Notes under the pieces: model-generated
What the model was told of the DNA's origin: nothing
What the model saw: only the letters and a program-made list of their open reading frames with translations
The model's database searches: none
NCBI GenBank assembly: GCA_951406725.2
Contig: OX597838.1
Span: 36,146,001 to 36,210,000 of the forward strand
Direction of reading: 5' to 3'
Length of the DNA stretch: 64,000 nucleotides
DNA from: Octopus vulgaris
Lineage: Eukaryota
Position numbers and translations under genes: made by a program
Shown here: positions 55,757 through 64,000 of the stretch, piece after piece
Layout of the letters: each line of letters opens with the position of its first letter
How positions within the stretch are numbered: position 1 is the first letter of the stretch

Positions 55757-56076
55757 CACACACTTAAACATATGTGGAACTAGCATTATATACACACACG
55801 TATACATCAACTCCCATTTACACGTGTGTGTGTGTGTGTGTGTGTGTATACACGTAGATGTTACTTTCATTCATTTATTCCTTCATTTACTCGTTGATTC
55901 AGAATATTTCCTTCACCCACCCCACCCCCTTCCAACCCTTCACGCACATTTAGCCCACCCCACCCCGCTCCACCAAGGGCCACCCCCCTATCACCTCCGC
56001 TACGCATCTCACAGATCTTATACAGGTATTAATGGCTCTGCCGCAATTGACTCCTTTCTTCCCCACTTCCTCAATT

Positions 56077-56171
<95 letters not shown>

Positions 56172-56720
56172 TTGTCTCACCAGGTGCATGTATATATGTG
56201 ATGTATGTATAATAGAAAGTTGCATATTTTGTATGTGTGTCTGTCTGTCTGTGTGTGTGCGTGTGTGTATTTGCTCATCTGTATTCGTTCATTACCCATA
56301 TTTCACTCCCTTCCCACAACCAGACACCCCTTTTCCACACACCCCACATCTTTCAAGGAACTTGTTCAGGTATTAATGGATCTGTCAAAATTGACTTCTC
56401 TCCCTCTCCTCTTCTCTCTCTCTCTCTCTTTCTCTTCTCCTTCCCCCTCTCTCTATATATCTTTCTCTTTCTCCCTCTCTACAGGTGTCAAAATACACTG
56501 CATTCCCCTTATGCTGTTGAGTGATGCAGACTTTCGTAGATAGACCGATAGATATATAGGAAGCGGAATAGCTAGCTCACAAAACAGATAAATAGAGGGT
56601 AGATCAGATAGCTAGACACACAGACAGACAGATAAGATGAATGGATGGACAGGACAATGAATGGACAGATGGATGGACAGGAGATAGATAGGTGGGCAGA
56701 AAGATGAATGGACAGTCAAA

Positions 56721-56751
<31 letters not shown>

Positions 56752-56814
56752 GGAGGCAGACAAGATGAATGGATATATTCTGTCTTCCCTTCTTTGGATC
56801 TTTCCTTTTCTTAT

Positions 56815-56849
56815 GTTTCTGACGAAGAGCTCCGCTCGAAACGTTAAAC
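56815..56849 (+). ncRNA. Type I hammerhead ribozyme (minimal) in a Penelope-like fragment (~56778-56946)
   Basis: GUUU CUGACGA A GAGC UCC GCUC GAA ACGU U AAAC: intact core, GUU triplet; the element ends in (TA)n; its downstream part recurs at ~51515-51605. Confidence 0.72.
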
Positions 56850-57065
56850 CCTCCTTCTTTCCTGAGCGTCCAATGATACTATACTTGTTCCATGTCCTCA
56901 CGTTGTTGTGTTTTCTCTTTGTGTTTTCATGTTTGGATTAACTTTATATATATATATATATATATATTGTTAGCATGCTGGGCACAATGCTTAACAGCAT
57001 TTCATTCATTTTGATGTTCTGAGTTCAAATTCTGCTGAGGTTGACTTTACCTGTCATCCATTCAA

Positions 57066-57388
57066 TCGGAAAGTCTAACCTCTCGAAAGAGCTGTTCTTC
57101 ACTCATGCTCCAGGGTGTCGGCTGCGGGGTCACTCCGAAAAGCTCTATCTGCGACGATTTCATCTCAATCGAAGGAGAGGGGCTTTCTCCGTCCGGGTTG
57201 CGGATCCGTGGTATAAGCTGCCGGACGAGGTAGTGAAGATGCCGACAACCGCTCGGTTCAAAGTCTCTCTTGACCAGAAATGGCCTGAACTCTTTGCATG
57301 AACACCCACCCTGTACATAACTCCATGTCCCCCTACATGGCCTTGCTTTTTGCTTTTTGAGCCAAAAAATTAACTTAACTTAACTTAA
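57066..57388 (+). mobile_element. CR1-type LINE 3' end inserted in a family C SINE
   Basis: LRGHSEKL..RRGAFSVRVADPWYKLPDEVV..FKVSLD, a short 3' UTR and (ttaac)n tail; the SINE C body is split around it. Confidence 0.85.
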
Positions 57389-57873
57389 TAAAACACGATC
57401 CAGTTGAGCACTGGGGTTGATTTAATTAACGTAACCCCTCCCCTGAACTTGCAGGCCTTGTGTCAGAACTTTAAGCCAATATTTTCCCCGGTGCTCAGTG
57501 CCAGATAATCCCATCATAACCTAATTCTAGCTCACTCTGAAACTCTCATTTGATGCTGCAGTGACACCTTGTGTCTGTTTTTTCAATTCCGATTTATATT
57601 AGATTTTTTTTTTTTTCCTTTCTTCTTTGTCTACATGAAACAAACGCAGATATTTTTTATTCCTCTTTAGATTCCCCTCCACCACCACCACCATCACCAC
57701 CACCACCACCACATCATCGATACCCCCACCACACATTCACAATCCTAACACGAGAATCATTGTAATTATCACCAAAAGATATTTCATACCTCAATCTTTG
57801 ATCCTAAGATCTTTTCCTTATTATTGTCTTCACTTTTATTACTTCTCACCCTGATAGTCTACAATTCCTATTG

Positions 57874-57928
<55 letters not shown>

Positions 57929-58062
57929 GTATGTATAGTATAATATGATATTATACACGTATAATATAATGTAATATAATATTATTATATATATATATAT
58001 AATATGTGATATTTATATATGTGTGTGTATGTGTGATATATATACATATAATATAATATATG

Positions 58063-58113
<51 letters not shown>

Positions 58114-58811
58114 ATATATACACACATAATATATGTGATATATATATATATATATTTTTATATATATACACGTATGCACACACAAACACAAGTGTCTGTC
58201 TGAATCTGCGTGCACGTGAGTGAATGTGTGTGCGTGTGTATGTATCAATATGTGTCAATATTTATATGCATGTGTGTGTGTGTGTGTGTAGATTTTTGCG
58301 TATGCGTACACATAATGGTCACACACATTCCCAGTTAAATCCATCAGGTGATATAGATTTGACACTTTGTATTTGAAAGGATATTTTGTAACACAACATC
58401 GAGCAGATGAATTAATTAGCTGTCTATAAGAAAATATTCCTAGCTTTAGATAATTAATTAATTGATTCATATTCTCGAAGGAGTGTTATATAACTTTCTT
58501 CGTTCAACTAATTGGCACATTTACACCACCTCATCATATTATTCAGGATATCGACTGATATATATTAAAAAACAGAATAAATCCTTCTGACTGGTAGGAC
58601 ATGCAAAGAGTTCTAATCCACACCATTCCTGAGCTGATGAGACCTCACCAAGGTTGAAACTGTGATGCTTCTGTTGTTTGATGCAGATGTTTTCTCTAAG
58701 CCTTTAAGAGCAAAGCTTTGAGTAGAATATTACATCAGATGAATTAACTCTTTAACTTTCAAGTCTTTAACATTTGGAATGGTCATATCTGGCCAAAATG
58801 TTCTTCCTGTT

Positions 58812-59735
58812 TCTCTTTTACTCTTTCTTTTACGTGTTTCAGTCATTTGACTGTGGCCATGCTGGAGCACCGCCTTTAGTCAAGTAAATCGACCCCTCCC
58901 CCACCAGGACTTATTCTTTGTAAGCCTAGTACTTATTCTAATAGTCTCTTTTGTCGAACTGCTTAGTTACGGGGATATATACATACCAGCATCGGTTGTC
59001 AAGCGATGTTGGTGGGGACAAACACAGACACACAAACATATACACACACACATACATATATATATGCATATATACGATGGGCTTCTTTCAGTTTCCATCT
59101 ACCAACTCCACTCACAAGGCTTTGGTTGGCCTGAGGCTATATTAGAAGACACTTGCCCAAGGTGCCGTGCAGTGGGACTGAACCCGGAGTCATGTGGTTG
59201 GTAAGCAAGCTACTTACCACACAGCCACTCCTACATTTATATACAAATCATCCATATCTGGCCTCTCACACCAACCCTGCAATGTTGCTCTAAAAGTAAA
59301 CAGTTACCTCATCAAAATCTCAAAGTTACAAGATAATACACAATAAATTCAAAACATTGTGAATAATATAGGCATAGGAGCGGCTGTGTGGTAAGTAACT
59401 TGTTTACCAACCACATGGTTCTGGGTTCAGTCCCACTGCATGGCACCTTGGACAAGTGTCTTCTACTATAGCCTCGTGTTGACCAAAGCCTTGTGAGTGG
59501 ATTTGGTAGACGGAAACTGAAAGAAGCCTGTCGTATATAAGTATATAGATATGTGTGTCTGTGTTTGTGCTCGTAACTTAGCAGTTCGGCAAAAGAGACC
59601 GATAGAATAAGTACTCGGCTTCCAAAAAATAAGTCCTGGGGTCGATTTGCTCGACTAAAGGCGGTGCTCCAGTCCGGCCGCAGTCACATGACTGAAACAA
59701 GTAAAAGAGTAAAAAAAAAAAAAGAGTAAAAAAAA
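58812..59735. mobile_element. Head-to-head family A SINE pair (58812-59233 minus; 59370-59735 plus)
   Basis: Both match family A in opposite orientations, ~135 bp apart. Confidence 0.9.
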
Positions 59736-59975
59736 AATAAGCCTTACATTTGACAGAGTAATCTGAATGCTAAAAGGGTGAAACCAGCCACGTCCAGCCA
59801 AGATATTCTTCCTATTCTTTGTTCAAACCATCTAGATCCAGCTTCTCTCACCTACCTGACAATGCCATTCTAAAAATAAACAATCACAACATCGAAATCT
59901 CAAAGTTACCAGATAATATATGATTAATTCAAAATATTGTGAATAAATAAGAATATATTTAAGAGATGAGGAATT

Positions 59976-60116
59976 ATTTACATTATTTACATTTGGCAGA
60001 TATTTGTCCTCATCTCATTTGTTGTTAACACGTTTCGGCTGATATACCCTCCAGGCTTTATTAGGTGTCTTGGGGAAATTTCGAACCTGGGTTCTCATTC
60101 CTAAGGTATTTTTCAA

Positions 60117-60150
<34 letters not shown>

Positions 60151-60400
60151 GTTCAGGTCACTGCTTGGAATCTTGGGGTTAGTAGCCCGCGCTATAACAA
60201 TAATTATGATAATAACAATGATAATAATGATAATAATAATAATAATGATAACAACATCGAAAAATAGCTTAGGAATGAGAACCCAGGTTCGAAATTTCCC
60301 CAAGACACCTGATGAAGGCTGGAAAGTATATCAGCCGAAACATTGTGTTAACAACAAACAAGATGAGGACAAATATCTGTCAAATGTAAATAATGTAAAT
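59976..60400. mobile_element. Palindromic Penelope-like element with hammerhead motif (60304-60349, plus strand)
   Basis: Arms ~59976-60150 and ~60195-60400 are reverse complements; GACAC CUGAUGA A GGCUG..CAGCC GAA ACAU U GUGUU. Confidence 0.72.
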
Positions 60401-61021
60401 GAGCATTACGTTTGACAGAATAATCTGAATGCTAAAAGGGTTAAACCAGCCACGTCCAGTCAAAATATTCTACCTGTTTTGTGTTCAAACCGGTCAAATC
60501 CAGTCTCTTACCCCTTCCCCATTCCCTACAATGTCCTTTTAAAAATAGACAATCACATCATTGAAATCTCAAAGCTAATGCATGATTATCTCAAGATGCA
60601 TGATTAATTCAAAACAATATGAGTAAATAAGTCTTACTCTTGACAGAGTTAAGACACATGTTGTACGTTTTATATAAGCTCTATGCTGTATTATATAAGC
60701 TGTAAGTTAATTGACAAATCTACATAGTGCAGGGCTTCGTGTGGTTAAGAAGTTCACTGTACAATCATTTTGTCTTGGACTTAGTTCACTGTGTAGCATC
60801 TCTTGGGCAAGTGTCTTTTACTGCAGCTGCAAGCTAACTGATGAGTTGGAAGCGAAATTGTGAAATAGAAATTGTACAGAACCCTATGTCTGTCTGACTC
60901 TTTGTCTGTCTGTCCCTCATTCCATCTGTCCGTCTGTCTGTCCATCCATTTCTCTGTCTATGTATCTATCTATCCATCCATCTGTCTGACTGTCCGTCCG
61001 TCAATCTATCTATTTATCTAT

Positions 61022-61443
61022 ACTCTTTTACTCTTTTACTTGTTTCAGTCATTTTGACTGCGGCCATGCTGGAGCACCGCCTCTAGTCGAGCAAATCGAC
61101 CCCGGGACTTATTCTTTGTAAGCCCAGTACTTATTCTATCGGTCTCTTTTGCCGAACCGCTAAGTGACGGGGACGTAAACACACCAGCATCGGTTGTCAA
61201 GCAATGCTAGGGGGACAAACACAGACACACAAACATACACACACACACACACTTATATATATATACATATATATATATACGACAGGCTTCTTTCAGTTTC
61301 CATCTAGCAAATCCACTCACAAGGCATTGGTCGGCCCGGGGCTATAGAAGAAGACACTTGCTCAAGATGCCACACAGTGAGACTGAACCCGGAACCATGT
61401 GGTTGGTTAGCAAGCTACTTACCACACAGCCACTCCTGCACCT
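61022..61443 (-). mobile_element. SINE family A
   Basis: Reverse complement of family A. Confidence 0.9.
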
Positions 61444-61565
61444 AGCCATCCATCTGCTTGTCTTTCTTGCTATTTGTCTATTTATCTATTTATCTGTCTG
61501 TCTGTCTATGTATCTATCCATTCATACAGCTGTCTGTCCATCCTTCCATCCATCTGCTTGCCTGC

Positions 61566-61597
<32 letters not shown>

Positions 61598-61743
61598 ATG
61601 TCTGTCTGTCTGTCTGTCTGTCTAACCTACCCCACTTTTTGTTTTTCTCCCCAAAAAGAAAAGCTCTGCTTTGTAATTTGTCCCATCTGTGTTTGACCCT
61701 GTGTGGCTAATAAAGAAACATATTTATCTCTCTCTTTCTCTCA

Positions 61744-61782
<39 letters not shown>

Positions 61783-61929
61783 CATCAACAATTGAGGGTA
61801 AAATTAATGGCAAAGTAATTTACTTTACTAAGCCCTAATTATATAATATATATATATACATATATATATATAGGTGGCGAGCTGGCAGAATCATTAGCAA
61901 GCCCGGCAAAATGCTAGGCATTTCGTTTT

Positions 61930-62330
61930 AGGCACAGGAGTGGCTGTGTGGTAAGTAGTTTGTTTACCAACCACATGGTTCTGGGTTCAGTCCCACTGCG
62001 TGGCACCTTGGGCAAGTGTCTTCTACTATAGCCTCGGGCTGACCAAAGCCTTGTGAGTGGATTTGGTAGACGGAAACTGAAAGAAGCCTGTCGTATATAT
62101 GTATGTGTGTTTGTGTGTCTGTGTTTGTCCCCCTAGCATTGCTTGACAACCGATGCTGGTGTGTTTATGTCCCCATTACTTAGCGGTTCAGCAAAAGAGA
62201 CCAATAGAATAAGTACTAGGCTTACAAAAGAATAAGTCCCAGGGTTGAGTTGCTCGATTAAAGGCGGTGCTCTAGCATGGCCGCAGTCAAATGACTGAAA
62301 CAAATAAAAGAGTAAAAGAGAGTAAAAGAG
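61930..62330 (+). mobile_element. SINE family A
   Basis: Matches family A; preceded by a family C head fragment at ~61871-61926. Confidence 0.9.
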
Positions 62331-62577
62331 TATGTATGTATGTATGTGTGTGTGATTTAAATAAAGAAGAATTATTGCCATTATTAATAGTGTTAATAAG
62401 GTAATCATAAGATGGCTAGCAAGTTCACACCATTACTGGCACAATATAGGGTAAATTTAGATTCAGCAGGGTATATAATACCACTTGCTAAAATCAGAGC
62501 CAATCCTCCAAAAACCACCATAAAATTCACGATAAAGATACACATGAGCAATGCAATGACCATATATATACACACAT

Positions 62578-62619
<42 letters not shown>

Positions 62620-62931
62620 GACAGGCTTCTGTACTATTTCCAGCTACCAGTTTCACTCACAAGGTATCAGTTAGCATGAAACTATATATATATATATATA
62701 TAGTAGTAGTAATAGTAGTAGAAGTAATAATAATAATAATCCATGAATGGATTACTATTATTATTATCTTCATCATTATTATTATTGTTCTATTTCACAT
62801 TATATTGGCACAATTCACTGGAGCGTCATAAAACTGATATTGCAAGTTGGTATCATTAGGCTGCAGATGACAAAATAAAATAGGAGCTTTTATATACCTA
62901 CTCAAAATCGTTTCCTGTAAAAAGCTTAAAG

Positions 62932-62970
<39 letters not shown>

Positions 62971-63109
62971 ACACATTACAATAATATTTCCATTTACTTT
63001 AGGTATTCTTCTTTCTGTCTGAGTTAACTTAAATTTGTTTTTCATATGAACATATTATGTGAGTGAATAGATGTATTTCTATGCATATTTGTATGTGTGT
63101 GTATGTATG

Positions 63110-63147
<38 letters not shown>

Positions 63148-63313
63148 GTTATTACAAATTTGGGATTTTACCAATGGAATCACAACTCCTATTTCTGGAC
63201 AACCTTACATTCTGGAATACACATAGAAAGTTACATCCAATATAATAATATAATAGTATAAGCATTTTAAAGCCTACTATAAAGTACTATAAAATTAAAG
63301 TACAATAGAAGTA

Positions 63314-63356
<43 letters not shown>

Positions 63357-63509
63357 TATATATATATGTATATATATATGTATATATATATCTACACATA
63401 TATGTATATATATATATGCACACACACACATATATATATATATACATATATAAATGAAGGCACATTGCTCAGTGGTTAGAGAATTTAACTTACAAGTGTG
63501 AGGTTATTA

Positions 63510-63905
63510 GAGCGACAAGCTGGCAGAATCATTAGCACGCTGGGTGAAATTCTTAGCGGTATTTCGTATGTCTTTACGTTCTGAGTTCAAATTACGCCGA
63601 GGTCGACTTTGCCTTTCATCCTTTCGGGGTCGATAAATTAAGTACCAGTTACACACTGGGGTTGATATAATCAACTTAATCCATTTGTCTGTCTTTGTTT
63701 GTCCTCTCTGTGTTTAGCCCCTTGTGGGTAGTAAAGAAGTAGGTATTTCGTCTGCCGCTACATTCTGAGTTCAAATTCTACCGAGGTCGACTTTGCCTTT
63801 CATCTTTCAGGGTCATTAAACGAAGTACCAGTTATGTACTGGTGTTGATCTAATCGACTGGCCCCTTCCCCCAAAATTTCGGGCCTTGTGCCTAGAGTAG
63901 AAACG
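63510..63905 (+). mobile_element. SINE family C dimer with a different second tail
   Basis: Body duplicated; the second monomer ends in ..cccaaaatttcgggccttgtgcctagagtagaaa. Confidence 0.85.
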
Positions 63906-64000
63906 AACTGTGAGGTTGTGAGTTTGATTCTTGAAGTGGGCGGTGTGATGTGTTCTTGAGCAAGACACATTATTTTCACATTACTTGAGTTCATTCAGTT

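Noticed and set aside
60838-60865. CUGAUGA..GAAA string
   Set aside because: It lies in a decayed SINE, with a weak stem II and no stem I or III.

Overview
AT-rich, microsatellite- and SINE-saturated eukaryotic non-coding DNA, most likely from an Octopus genome (inferred from the repeat repertoire; not verifiable here). No intact host protein-coding gene is visible, and almost all listed ORFs are translations of microsatellites or SINEs. The window holds about 25 copies of one tRNA-headed SINE, two other SINE families, 3' fragments of RTE, CR1 and R4/Dong-type LINEs, mariner and piggyBac remnants/MITEs and two non-autonomous Helitrons. Most notable: (1) at least six unrelated short elements, mostly next to (TA)n or (TAA)n tracts and three with inverted duplications, each carry a minimal type I hammerhead-ribozyme motif with a palindromic stem III, as known for Penelope-like elements; (2) a ~6.7 x 275 bp head-to-tail array of an RTE LINE 3' end is enclosed by one target-site duplication, implying a multimeric or circular RNA template; (3) a SINE sits between 68-bp direct repeats; (4) a minus-strand TATA/Inr-like pair at ~4.7 kb is followed by three small ORFs, and TAAT/TGACA-rich unique islands across the rest of the window look like an upstream regulatory desert. 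Coordinates were read by eye, so repeat boundaries are approximate.
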